Assembly: GCA_964541045.1 (NCBI GenBank)
Contig: CAZIOV010000001.1
Coordinates: 43,599 to 107,598, forward strand
Reading direction: 5' to 3'
Origin: an uncultured Oscillospiraceae bacterium
GTDB taxonomy: Bacteria; Bacillota; Clostridia; Oscillospirales; Ruminococcaceae
Length of the DNA: 64,000 nucleotides
Both the position numbers and the translations under genes were made by a program. Numbering within the stretch: position 1 is the stretch's first letter; each line of letters starts with the position of its first letter. Below the pieces are notes generated by a model that saw nothing but the letters and a program-made list of their open reading frames with translations, did no database searches and had not been told where the DNA came from. This document shows positions 18,443 to 27,279 of this stretch, in pieces.

Positions 18443-18949
18443 GTGAACCTGAACGTTGTATTGGTAGAGCCGCAGATACCGCAGAATACCGGAAACATAT
18501 CGCGCACCTGCGCCGTTACAGGCGCACGGCTTCATCTTATTAAGCCTATGGGTTTTGCTGTTACCGACAAGAATCTTAAGCGAGCCGGTCTTGATTACTG
18601 GGACAAGCTTGATATCACATATTACGACGGCTTACAGGATTTCTTTGAAAAGACCGCCGCCGATAATCCTAAGTATTATTTTTTCACCACAAAGGGAAAA
18701 AACGTTTACAGTGATGTTAAATATGTAGACAACTGCTATATCCTGTTCGGCAGGGAAGACAAGGGTCTGCCGGAGGAGCTTTTGCATGACAATAAGGAAA
18801 GCTGCCTAAGATTTCCTATGCGTCCTGAATTGCGAAGTCTAAATCTTTCAAATTCGGTTGCAATAGCTGTTTATGAAATCCTTCGGCAGTGGGATTTTCC
18901 AGATCTCTCCCGTGAAGGCAGGCTGACCCACTTCAAGTGGGATAATTAG
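18443..18949 (+). CDS. trmL: tRNA (cytidine/uridine-2'-O-)-methyltransferase TrmL (SpoU family)
   Basis: GTG start. VVLVEPQIPQNTGNISRTCAVTGARLHLIKPMGF and LNLSNSVAIAVYEILRQ. Confidence 0.88.
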   Translation: MNLNVVLVEPQIPQNTGNISRTCAVTGARLHLIKPMGFAVTDKNLKRAGLDYWDKLDITYYDGLQDFFEKTAADNPKYYFFTTKGKNVYSDVKYVDNCYILFGREDKGLPEELLHDNKESCLRFPMRPELRSLNLSNSVAIAVYEILRQWDFPDLSREGRLTHFKWDN

Positions 18950-19024
18950 ATTTGTTTTATTAAGAATAGCTAATAGTTTTTCGCAATCCTTTCGTATTTT
19001 TTATAAAAATATTTCCAATAGCTA

Positions 19025-19053
19025 TTGATATTTCTTTCGAAATTTTATATAAT
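19025..19053 (+). promoter_or_regulatory. Strong sigma-A promoter for pgk-tpiA-gpmI
   Basis: TTGATA (19025-19030), 17-nt spacer, TATAAT (19048-19053). Confidence 0.65.
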
Positions 19054-19110
19054 ATTTATGGCTGTATTATGCGGCCTTGATAAGTATATTTTAAAAAAGG
19101 AGATATAACT

Positions 19111-20331
19111 ATGGCAGGATTAAACAAAGTCAGCGTTGATGATATCAACGTAAAGGGCAAAAAGGTCTTGGTACGCTGCGATTTCAACGTACCTTTGAAA
19201 GACGGTGCGATTACAAATGACAACAGAATCACAGCAGCTCTTCCCACCATCAAAAAGCTTATTGCAGATGGCGGCAAGGTAGTTCTTTGCTCGCACCTCG
19301 GCAAGCCCAAGAACGGCCCGGAGGACAAGTTCTCTCTAGCTCCCGTAGCTAAAAGACTCGCTGAGCTTCTTCCCACAACCGTTGTATTCGCCAAGGACGA
19401 TAACGTTGTCGGCGAGAATGCAAAGAAGGCTGTTAATGAAATGAAGAACGGTGAGGTTGTTTTGCTTGAAAACACTCGCTTCCGCGGCAATGATGAAACC
19501 AAGAATGGCGAAGCCTTCTCCAAGGAGCTTGCTGATTTGGTTGACAATGAAGCTTTTGTTATGGATGCTTTCGGTTCCGCTCACCGCGCTCATGCTTCGA
19601 CTGCAGGTGTTACCAAGTTTGTTAAGGAAACCGCTGTCGGATATCTTATGCAGAAGGAAATTACTTACCTCGGCAATGCTGTTGAGAGCCCTGTAAGACC
19701 CTTCGTTGCTATCTTGGGCGGCGCTAAGGTTGCCGATAAGCTCAATGTTATCTCCAACCTTCTGGAAAAGTGCGATACCCTTATCATCGGCGGCGGTATG
19801 GCTTATACCTTCCTTAAGGCTAAGGGCTATGAAATAGGCAAGTCGCTTGTTGACGATGAGAAGCTCGACTACTGCCGCGAAATGCTTGAAAAGGCTGATA
19901 AGCTCGGCAAAAAGCTTTTGCTTCCCGTTGATACAACAATTGCCGCTTCCTTCCCCGACCCTATTGACGCTCCTATCGAAGTGAGCGTTGTTGAAGCTGA
20001 CAAGATTCCTGCAGACGCTATTGGTCTTGATATAGGAAACAAGACCGCTGAACTGTTTGCAGAGGCTGTTAAGTCTGCTAAGACAGTTGTTTGGAACGGT
20101 CCTATGGGAGTGTTCGAGAATCCTATTCTGGCAAAGGGAACTCTGGCAGTTGCTCAGGCAATGGCCGATACCGACGCTACAACTGTTATCGGTGGCGGCG
20201 ACTCTGCTGCTGCTGTCATCAACCTCGGCTTTGCCGATAAGATGACCCATATTTCCACCGGCGGCGGAGCAAGCCTTGAGTATCTAGAGGGCAAGGTTCT
20301 TCCCGGTATAGACGTTATCGCTGACAAGTAA
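19111..20331 (+). CDS. pgk: Phosphoglycerate kinase
   Basis: [45 protein letters not shown]. Confidence 0.96.
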   Translation: MAGLNKVSVDDINVKGKKVLVRCDFNVPLKDGAITNDNRITAALPTIKKLIADGGKVVLCSHLGKPKNGPEDKFSLAPVAKRLAELLPTTVVFAKDDNVVGENAKKAVNEMKNGEVVLLENTRFRGNDETKNGEAFSKELADLVDNEAFVMDAFGSAHRAHASTAGVTKFVKETAVGYLMQKEITYLGNAVESPVRPFVAILGGAKVADKLNVISNLLEKCDTLIIGGGMAYTFLKAKGYEIGKSLVDDEKLDYCREMLEKADKLGKKLLLPVDTTIAASFPDPIDAPIEVSVVEADKIPADAIGLDIGNKTAELFAEAVKSAKTVVWNGPMGVFENPILAKGTLAVAQAMADTDATTVIGGGDSAAAVINLGFADKMTHISTGGGASLEYLEGKVLPGIDVIADK

Positions 20332-20583
20332 TCGTAAAACTTACGGGCAGGTAGGGCGGCTCGCCCCGCTTGCCTTTATTTGCGAAGAAAGGCAATGATT
20401 TATGCTGGAAAATTAGAATCCTTAAGGCAAAGTAAAGATGGCAGGGCACTGTTCCATGTTATTATCGGCTGTTTGGCCGGATTGATTATTGGACTGTTGC
20501 TTGCGCCCAAGTTCGTTGGTTGCTTTAACGGAAGCAGGAATACAGCCAGCAACAAAAAACATGGAAGAATAAGGAGATTTTGT

Positions 20584-21354
20584 ATGAACAAGAGTATAAG
20601 AAAAGCCGTTATCGCCGGCAACTGGAAGATGAACAAGACCCGCCCCGAAGCTAAGGCGCTTATCGAGTCGTTAGTACCGCTGGCAAAGGACGCAGGATGC
20701 GAGGTTGTCATCTGCGTACCGTTTACCAACCTTGAAACTGCTGTTGAGCTCACCAAGGGCACAAATATCAAGGTTGGTGCTCAGAACTGCCACTTTGCAA
20801 GGTCAGGAGCTTACACTGGTGAAATTTCCGCCGATATGCTTATCGAAGTCGGCGCAGAATATGTTGTACTCGGTCACAGTGAAAGAAGACAGTACTTTGG
20901 CGAGACTGACGAGACTGTCAATAAGAGAACAAAGGCAGCCCTCGAAGCCGGCTTAAAGCCGATAGTATGCGTAGGAGAGCTTTTGTGGGAGCGCGAATGC
21001 AACATTACCGAAGAGGTCATAGCCCGTCAGATCAAACTCGATTTCTATGATGTATCCGCCGAGGATCTTAAAAAATGCATAATTGCCTATGAGCCTGTCT
21101 GGGCTATAGGAACCGGAAAGACTGCTACCGCTGATCAGGCGCAGGAAGTTTGCGCCTTTATTCGCAACACTCTCACAAAGCTCTATGGCAAGGATGTTGC
21201 CGACATCGTTACTATCCAGTACGGTGGTTCTATGAACGCAGGAAATGCTGCAGAGCTTCTTTCTAAAGCCGATGTCGACGGCGGACTCATCGGCGGAGCA
21301 TCCCTTAAGGCTCCCGATTTTGCGACAATTATCACAGCCGCAACCAATGGTTGA
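20584..21354 (+). CDS. tpiA: Triose-phosphate isomerase
   Basis: MNKSIRKAVIAGNWKMNKT, LGHSERR, AYEPVWAIGTG, GGASL. AAGGAGA RBS precedes the ATG at 20584. The listed ORF extends in frame to 20380 (see findings). Confidence 0.93.
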   Translation: MNKSIRKAVIAGNWKMNKTRPEAKALIESLVPLAKDAGCEVVICVPFTNLETAVELTKGTNIKVGAQNCHFARSGAYTGEISADMLIEVGAEYVVLGHSERRQYFGETDETVNKRTKAALEAGLKPIVCVGELLWERECNITEEVIARQIKLDFYDVSAEDLKKCIIAYEPVWAIGTGKTATADQAQEVCAFIRNTLTKLYGKDVADIVTIQYGGSMNAGNAAELLSKADVDGGLIGGASLKAPDFATIITAATNG

Positions 21355-21376
21355 TTGAATACAAGGAGATAATGAT

Positions 21377-22945
21377 ATGTCAAAGCCTATAGTTTTAATA
21401 GTTATGGACGGCGTGGGCTTTTCAAAAACCGGTTTGGGAGACGCTGTCACCCTTGCCAACACGCCAACACTTGATAAGCTTTTTAAAGAGCGCCCATATA
21501 CCCGGCTTAAAGCCCACGGAACAGCCGTAGGTCTGCCCTCTGATGACGATATGGGTAACTCGGAGGTCGGGCACAATGCTTTAGGATGCGGTCAGATTTA
21601 CTCGCAGGGTGCAAAGCTTGTAAACGAGTCCATCGAATCCGGAAAGATGTTTGCTTCATCAATCTGGAACGAGCTTGTTGACAACTGCAAGTCAAACAGC
21701 TCTACAATGCACTTTATCGGTCTTCTTTCGGACGGCAACGTTCACTCTAACATCTCGCATTTAAAGGAAATGATTAAGAAGGCCAAGGAGATGGGCGTTA
21801 AGAAGGTAAGATGCCATATTCTTCTCGACGGAAGAGACGTTCCGGCAACCTCTGCACTCACTTATGTAGATGATTTGGAATCTTTGCTGGCATCACTTAA
21901 CGGCCCAGATTTTGACGCAAAGATTGCTTCCGGCGGCGGAAGAATGAAGGTCACTATGGACAGATACATGGCAAACTGGGATATGGTCAAGCTTGGCTGG
22001 GATACCCATGTTCATGGCAAGGGAAGACAGTTTGCTTCCGCCAAAGAGGCTATAGAGACATATCGGGCAGAGTTGGACGTTATAGACCAGGATCTTCCGG
22101 CTTTTGTAATCGCCGAAAACGGCAAACCTGTCGGAAAGATTTGCGACGGCGACTCGGTTATCCTTTACAACTTCCGCGGTGACAGAGCTATCGAGCTTTC
22201 TATGGCATTCGACAATAGGGACTTCAACGAATTCGACCGCGGCGTAATGCCAAAGGTTGTTTATGCAGGAATGCTCCAGTATGACGGCGACCTTAAGCTT
22301 CCTGAAAAGTTCTTAGTAAATCCTCCGGAAATCAAAAACACTCTCTCTGAGCTGCTTGTTGCAAATGGCCTGCGCCAGTATGCCGTTTCCGAAACCCAGA
22401 AATACGGACACGTTACTTACTTCTGGAACGGCAACAAGTCTGAAAAGTTCTCAGAGGAGCTTGAAACCTTCAACGAAATCCCGTCAGATAAGGTTTCGTT
22501 CGACGAGCGCCCGTGGATGAAGTCTGCCGAGATTACAGATGATGTAATTGCAGCAATGGAATCAAAGAAGTATGACTTTATCCGGTGCAACTATCCCAAT
22601 GGCGATATGGTGGGCCATACCGGCAATCTGGATGCAACTATTATCGGCGTGGAGTCGGTTGACTTGGGTCTTGCAAGAGTCTTAAAGGTTGCCGATGAGC
22701 TCGGCTATACCGTTTTAATAACAGCAGACCATGGCAATGCCGACGAGATGCTTGAAAAGAACAAGAAGGGCGAGATTCAGGTAAGAACTGCCCACTCTCT
22801 GAACAAGGTCCCTTTCATCATTTATGATAATGATAAGGACTATGTTATCAAGGATGGCGAATACGGCCTTGCCAATGTTGCCCCAACAGTTGCAACGCTT
22901 TTGGGGCTTAAAGCTCCCGACTCCTGGGAAGCAAGCATGATTTAA
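21377..22945 (+). CDS. gpmI: 2,3-bisphosphoglycerate-independent phosphoglycerate mutase
   Basis: VLIVMDGVG, GNSEVGHNALG, ITADHGNADEM, and a length of 522 aa. Confidence 0.95.
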   Translation: MSKPIVLIVMDGVGFSKTGLGDAVTLANTPTLDKLFKERPYTRLKAHGTAVGLPSDDDMGNSEVGHNALGCGQIYSQGAKLVNESIESGKMFASSIWNELVDNCKSNSSTMHFIGLLSDGNVHSNISHLKEMIKKAKEMGVKKVRCHILLDGRDVPATSALTYVDDLESLLASLNGPDFDAKIASGGGRMKVTMDRYMANWDMVKLGWDTHVHGKGRQFASAKEAIETYRAELDVIDQDLPAFVIAENGKPVGKICDGDSVILYNFRGDRAIELSMAFDNRDFNEFDRGVMPKVVYAGMLQYDGDLKLPEKFLVNPPEIKNTLSELLVANGLRQYAVSETQKYGHVTYFWNGNKSEKFSEELETFNEIPSDKVSFDERPWMKSAEITDDVIAAMESKKYDFIRCNYPNGDMVGHTGNLDATIIGVESVDLGLARVLKVADELGYTVLITADHGNADEMLEKNKKGEIQVRTAHSLNKVPFIIYDNDKDYVIKDGEYGLANVAPTVATLLGLKAPDSWEASMI

Positions 22946-22950
22946 TACTT

Positions 22951-22990
22951 AAAGGCGCAGATTACAGCATAGTGCAATCTGCGCCTTTTA
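22951..22990 (+). terminator. Rho-independent terminator after gpmI
   Basis: aaaggcgcagatt (22951-22963) pairs with aatctgcgcctttt (22976-22989). Confidence 0.8.
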
Positions 22991-23024
22991 AAAATATATA
23001 CTTTGGAACACTGAGAAAAATAAC

Positions 23025-23497
23025 ATGAAAATTTTTAGACTTATATCGCTTATACGCTCAGTGACTCTTGTTTTTTGTGCATTAGTCGGCTCCGCAGCCA
23101 AAAACTATCTTGTTGAGACTGACGGTAAGCACGTCATCACGGCAACAAACTCGATATTGTGGTCAGATGTCCCTGATGAGGATGTTATCCGCGTGGAGGA
23201 TACCTATTATATGGTAAGCACAACCATGTACTTCACTCCCGGCGTTCCCATAATGAAATCAAAGGATTTAGTTACATGGGAGCTTATATGATATGTTTAT
23301 GATATCCTTGAAAACAGTCTCAGGCCGAGCTTTACGGCGACAATAATGCCTATGGAAAGGGCCCGTGGGCAGCGAGCATAAGGCATCGCAATGGCATGTC
23401 CTACATCCTTTTCTGCGCATGGGTTCAGTGGAAAACGTATATCTATAAAACTGCGGATATCGAAAATTCCAGCTGGGAAAGAATTGATACATTCTGA
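23025..23497 (+). pseudogene. Truncated, frameshifted glycoside hydrolase family 43 remnant
   Basis: ORF 23025..23291 encodes a signal peptide plus ILWSDVPDEDVIRVEDTYYMVSTTMYFTPGVPIMKSKDLVTWELI (GH43 N-terminus). After a frameshift another frame reads AELYGDNNAYGKGPWAASIRHRNGMSYILFCAWVQWKTYIYKTADIENSSWERIDTF, then stops. The rest of the roughly 500-aa enzyme is absent. Confidence 0.75.
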
Positions 23498-23536
23498 TAC
23501 AAAACCAGCCCCAGATACTTTCCGAGGCTGATTTTC

Positions 23537-24832
23537 TTATTCGATCTTACCGATGCAATAACCGTCCTCTGCCGAAATTATCTTGACATTACGCATTTCC
23601 CGCCAGAGACTATTTGTAAATCTTCTTACTTTTACAAGAACATAGCTCCGCGTATGACCCTGATGCCAGCCGTCTTTGCGCTCGCGTTCAAACAAAACCT
23701 CGTAGCTTTTGCCAACGAGTGATTCAAGATATTCCTTCTCGCTCGTCTTAGCTGCCTCGGCCATGATTTTTGCGCGCTCAAAACGGACGTTTATCGGAAC
23801 CTGATCGTTTCTTATAGCGGCAACAGTGCCTTCGCGCTCGGAATATGGGAAGACATGAACCTTTGAGAACCCCACACTTTTGACAAACTCCAGCGACTCC
23901 AGAAAATCCTCCTCAGTCTCTCCGGCGAAGCCAGTCATAATATCTGTGGTTATTGCACAGTCTGTAAAGCGCTTTCTTAGCTCGGTGACAAGCGTTAAGT
24001 ATTCTGCCCTGTCATACTTGCGGCGCATTTCATGCAGGGTTTTATCACAGCCTGATTGCAAAGAAAGATGGAACTGCGGGCAAAGCTTATCCTCACGCGA
24101 CAGCCGCTCAATTATATCCGCTGTGAGCATCTCCGGCTCAATCGAGCCTAAGCGAACCCTCTGCGCGCCGCTTTCGCGGCATACTGTGCTTACCGCGTCG
24201 GCAAGGTCTGGCTTGTCGGGAAGGTCAAGGCCGTAACAGCTAAGATTAATTCCGACTATCACAAGCTCCTTGTGTCCAGAATCGGCCAGCCTTTTGGCTT
24301 CGTCAGAAATCTCCCGAATAGGCTTTGAGCGCGACCGCCCGCGGGCGTAGGGAATGGCACAGTAGGAGCAGAACCTGTCGCATCCGTCCTGAATTTTAAT
24401 TATTGCGCGCGTTTTGCCACTTCCGCATTCGAGCGCGAGATGTTCTATAATCTCGCCTTTGACGTGAGGAACAATAGATTTTTTGCGCTTGCCATTTCGT
24501 AAAAAATCATCTATAAGCACAGGAAGCTCGGATTTGTTGTTCTCCCCGGCGATAACGTCTGCCATGGAAAGCAGGGGAGAATCCCCATAAATCTGAGGAA
24601 AGCACCCGCAGACGGCTATAACCGATTCGGGATTTTCCCGCCGGGTGCGGTTTAATAACTGCTTTAGCTTGATATCCGCCGAACCTGTTACGGTGCAGGT
24701 ATTTATTATAATGATGTCGGCAAGCCCTGGGACGGGAACCGAAATATGTCCACGGGCGGACATTAGCTCAGTTAAGCAGTCGGTCTCATATTGATTTACC
24801 TTGCAGCCAAAGGTGTAATAGTATACAGTCAC
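23537..24832 (-). CDS. mtaB: tRNA t6A37 methylthiotransferase MtaB (radical SAM MiaB-like)
   Basis: YYYTFGCKVNQYE, radical-SAM CDRFCSYCAIP, C-terminal TRAM-like domain, 431 aa. Confidence 0.85.
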   Translation of the reverse strand: MTVYYYTFGCKVNQYETDCLTELMSARGHISVPVPGLADIIIINTCTVTGSADIKLKQLLNRTRRENPESVIAVCGCFPQIYGDSPLLSMADVIAGENNKSELPVLIDDFLRNGKRKKSIVPHVKGEIIEHLALECGSGKTRAIIKIQDGCDRFCSYCAIPYARGRSRSKPIREISDEAKRLADSGHKELVIVGINLSCYGLDLPDKPDLADAVSTVCRESGAQRVRLGSIEPEMLTADIIERLSREDKLCPQFHLSLQSGCDKTLHEMRRKYDRAEYLTLVTELRKRFTDCAITTDIMTGFAGETEEDFLESLEFVKSVGFSKVHVFPYSEREGTVAAIRNDQVPINVRFERAKIMAEAAKTSEKEYLESLVGKSYEVLFERERKDGWHQGHTRSYVLVKVRRFTNSLWREMRNVKIISAEDGYCIGKIE

Positions 24833-24898
24833 TTGTGTTTCGCCTTTCTAAAAATTCAGAGCTTTTTTGTGATTGGATTTAATTTATTCTCTTATTTC

Positions 24899-25699
24899 TT
24901 AAATTTTTTCTATCTTTTGATATACTATGCCCAAAAACCGATGAATCGATAGATTCTCATAATCCCAATTCATGGGTCCTAACGTTGTAGCGCCTCTATA
25001 TCCGATAAGTGCTATTCTTTTCATAACATCAGCCCAATCTATATTTCCGTCGAACGGCAATTGATGCTGATTATGCTTTCCGCCGCTATCCTGCAAATGC
25101 AAAGCAATCAGCGAAAGCCGTATAGCCCCAATAAATCATTTCAAGTAGCATAATTTGCATGATGGCGGCTTTCATAAGAAAATCACACATTCTGTGTCCG
25201 AAATTTGCCTAATACCAACGCCAAATTATGAATATTGCGCAGATTTTCAAAGGCAATCTGAACATTCTTGTCTCCGCCTCACAAATTATCCTTTCCAATC
25301 TTTTGATGCCTAAATCATTAATAGGGACTTCATCATCCGGCAAATGGATAACCATTGTCGGTATATTATACCGTGAGCAATCCTTTACAAACTGCAAATA
25401 GGATTGAAATGCGCTCTCAGCGTCCGAATTGTGGGAAGACAGACAGTTCTTCTCGTGAACGGAGCGTGGATGTCTTCTATATATAAACCTGTGTTTCGCG
25501 CAAGCTGAACATCCTGCTGGTAACCGATGCCTCTGCCGAATTTATCGCTCCGCCAGAGCTCAACGCAGTCAAAGCCTGCATTTTTAATCAATTTATATCT
25601 TTGCTCAAAAGATACGTCGTAGCTTGCGCCGTATCCAAAGCAATCGCATATTCCTGTCAATCTGCTTTTACTCCATAATTCAGTCTCAACGTCGTACAC
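24899..25699 (-). pseudogene. Sugar-phosphate isomerase/epimerase (xylose-isomerase-like TIM barrel) pseudogene
   Basis: Three ORF fragments (25699-25385, 25397-25209, 25102-24899) carry family blocks AGFDCVELW, IHAPF, TMVIHL and LPFDGNIDWADVMKRIALIGYRG. The 25103-25208 gap reads KFRTQNV*FSYESRHHANYAT*NDLLGLYGFR* with in-frame TGA codons plus frameshifts. Confidence 0.75.
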
Positions 25700-25787
25700 G
25701 CTAAATATTTATCTACATTATATCACATCCTATCCGATATGTAAATCCAAGTGATAAAAAATTCTTAAAATTCGGCAAAAACACGAC

Positions 25788-25815
25788 TTGACATAATCTT
25801 TTAATCTGTTATACT
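25788..25815 (+). promoter_or_regulatory. Sigma-A promoter candidate for the HPr-like gene
   Basis: TTGACA (25788-25793), 16-nt spacer, TATACT (25810-25815). Confidence 0.5.
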
Positions 25816-25903
25816 GTAATTAACCTAATATATAAAGGGTACGGAAGACGCTCCTGATTTGAGCTGAACAGCTTCCGTTTTACTGTGAAAGGATGGAATA
25901 TCA

Positions 25904-26134
25904 ATGACTAAATTAAACCTTAAACTCGAAACCATTAATGACGTCAAGGAGTTTGTAAACGCTGTAACCATGTGCGACTATGACGTTGACCTCGTTTCCG
26001 GCAGATATTCTATTGACGCTAAGTCCATCATGGGTATATTCAGTCTCGATCTTTCAAGACCGGTTGAGCTTCAGGCTCATGTTGACAATTGCGATGATCT
26101 TATTGCAAAGATTGACAGATTTATCGTAAAATAA
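25904..26134 (+). CDS. HPr-like domain protein lacking the His15 phosphorylation site
   Basis: 76 aa. IDAKSIMGIFSLDL matches the HPr Ser46 region (LKSIMGVMSLG). The position equivalent to GIHARPA reads INDVKEF, with no His. Confidence 0.55.
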   Translation: MTKLNLKLETINDVKEFVNAVTMCDYDVDLVSGRYSIDAKSIMGIFSLDLSRPVELQAHVDNCDDLIAKIDRFIVK

Positions 26135-26178
26135 GCTTAAGCGTTTATAGCTTGACGGCATAATGAGATTTATTGTGC

Positions 26179-26210
26179 GGCGCTTCGATTTTATATCGGA
26201 GCGCCTTTGC
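26179..26210 (+). terminator. Terminator after the HPr-like gene
   Basis: ggcgcttcga-ttttata-tcggagcgcc hairpin (one G-U pair) followed by tttg. Confidence 0.55.
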
Positions 26211-26329
26211 ACATGTTATGAAAATCCCGATATCTACGCACTGGAGCTTTCGTTTCGTTCATAACTGATAAAATATCCGTTATAATAATGTTGTTCCTAA
26301 AAGGAAAAAATATAAGGCGATTGTTAAAA

Positions 26330-26465
26330 TGAACACAGACAAGGTTTACGCCGATCTATTGCCAACGAATATTCAAAAAAGAGCACATCAAAGATGGTGG
26401 CTCTTAAAATGCTGGACAGCAGCGATATCATACGCCTTGCGGAAGAAATAAGCGGAGAGCAATAA
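26330..26465 (+). pseudogene. Frameshifted small ORF remnant upstream of the TetR pseudogene
   Basis: MNTDKVYADLLPTNIQK... then shifts frame within an A-run to read KSTSKMVALKMLDSSDIIRLAEEISGEQ*. No single intact frame exists. Confidence 0.3.
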
Positions 26466-26492
26466 TTTCGCATAGCAATGGAGGAGAATAGG

Positions 26493-27179
26493 TTGAACAA
26501 GTCTCAGAGTAAATATCTTAACACCACATTGAGGATGGACGAGGCGTTTTATCCCTGCTTGAGCATAAGGATTTTGAATACATAACCGTTAAGGACATAT
26601 ATTCTGGGGCTGGCGTCAATCGATCCGCATTTATCTTCATTACGAAAATATAAGTGATATGCTCTCCGAGGTCAGCGAATATATATCGAACAAATTCTTT
26701 TCTCAGTTCAATGATGCCCTGAACGCCTTCGGCTTCGAATGCTGATTCCTGCCGACTTAAAGACCTTTTTTCATGCGGCGCTATATTCTTGTTCCGTATC
26801 TGAATTTTATAAAGGAAAACGGTGCTCTTTATAAGATTTGTCTGAAGTACCCGCAGATTGTGGGCAGCAACTCCGTATTTGAGGCAATGTTTGATAAGGC
26901 TTTTTCTAGGTGCAGAGCCTTATTGTATGCTGCAAGTTTAAAAATCTCATTTATTCTGCAAGCATGGTCCTCAATTTTTCTGCGGCGATGGTTTCACTTT
27001 ATTTGCTTCAATCTGCTCTGTTATCTGCTTTTGGTGACGATAACAGCTTCAGGCAGACAATGGAAATTATTCTTGGCGCGGTAGCGGTAATCGGAACAGT
27101 TATAGCCGTCAAATTCGTTTACATGATTGCTGCAGCGTCGGTAAATATTCACATTGCAAAGAAAAACAAACAGGGTTGA
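26493..27179 (+). pseudogene. TetR/AcrR-family regulator pseudogene (multiple frameshifts)
   Basis: TTG at 26493 follows GGAGGAG. Across shifting frames it reads ...LLEHKDFEYITVKDIYSGAGVNRSAFYLHYENISDMLSEVSEYISNKFFSQFNDA (HTH region), YILVPYLNFIKENGALYKICLKYPQIVGSNSVFEAMFDKAFS, and IYSASMVLNFSAAMVSLYLLQSAL... Listed ORFs 26773..27084 and 26910..27179 are pieces of it. Confidence 0.65.
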
Positions 27180-27279
27180 GCAAATTTTTAATATAATATG
27201 TATTGCTGATGATATAGCGGCATAAAATTTTAATGACAGGACTTGTTCTGTGTCAGTAATTTTTTTGACGGTGATATAT

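Noticed and set aside
19336-20250. 304-aa minus-strand ORF.
   Set aside because: It is entirely antisense to an unmistakable pgk. It has no RBS and no recognisable motifs, so it is a typical shadow ORF.
20953-21576. 207-aa minus-strand ORF.
   Set aside because: It is antisense to the tpiA 3' half and the gpmI start, which are both strongly supported. No independent evidence supports it.
24899-25699. Possible TGA recoding (Gly/Trp/Sec) in the isomerase-like gene, because of several in-frame TGAs.
   Set aside because: Many well-supported genes in this window terminate at TGA (prmA, the kinase-like gene, the RluA-family gene). The locus also needs frameshifts, and no SECIS-like hairpin was seen. 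A pseudogene is the simpler reading.
26773-27179. ORFs 26773..27084 and 26910..27179 as independent genes.
   Set aside because: They overlap in different frames. Together they read as consecutive parts of one TetR-family C-terminal domain, so they were folded into the TetR pseudogene call.
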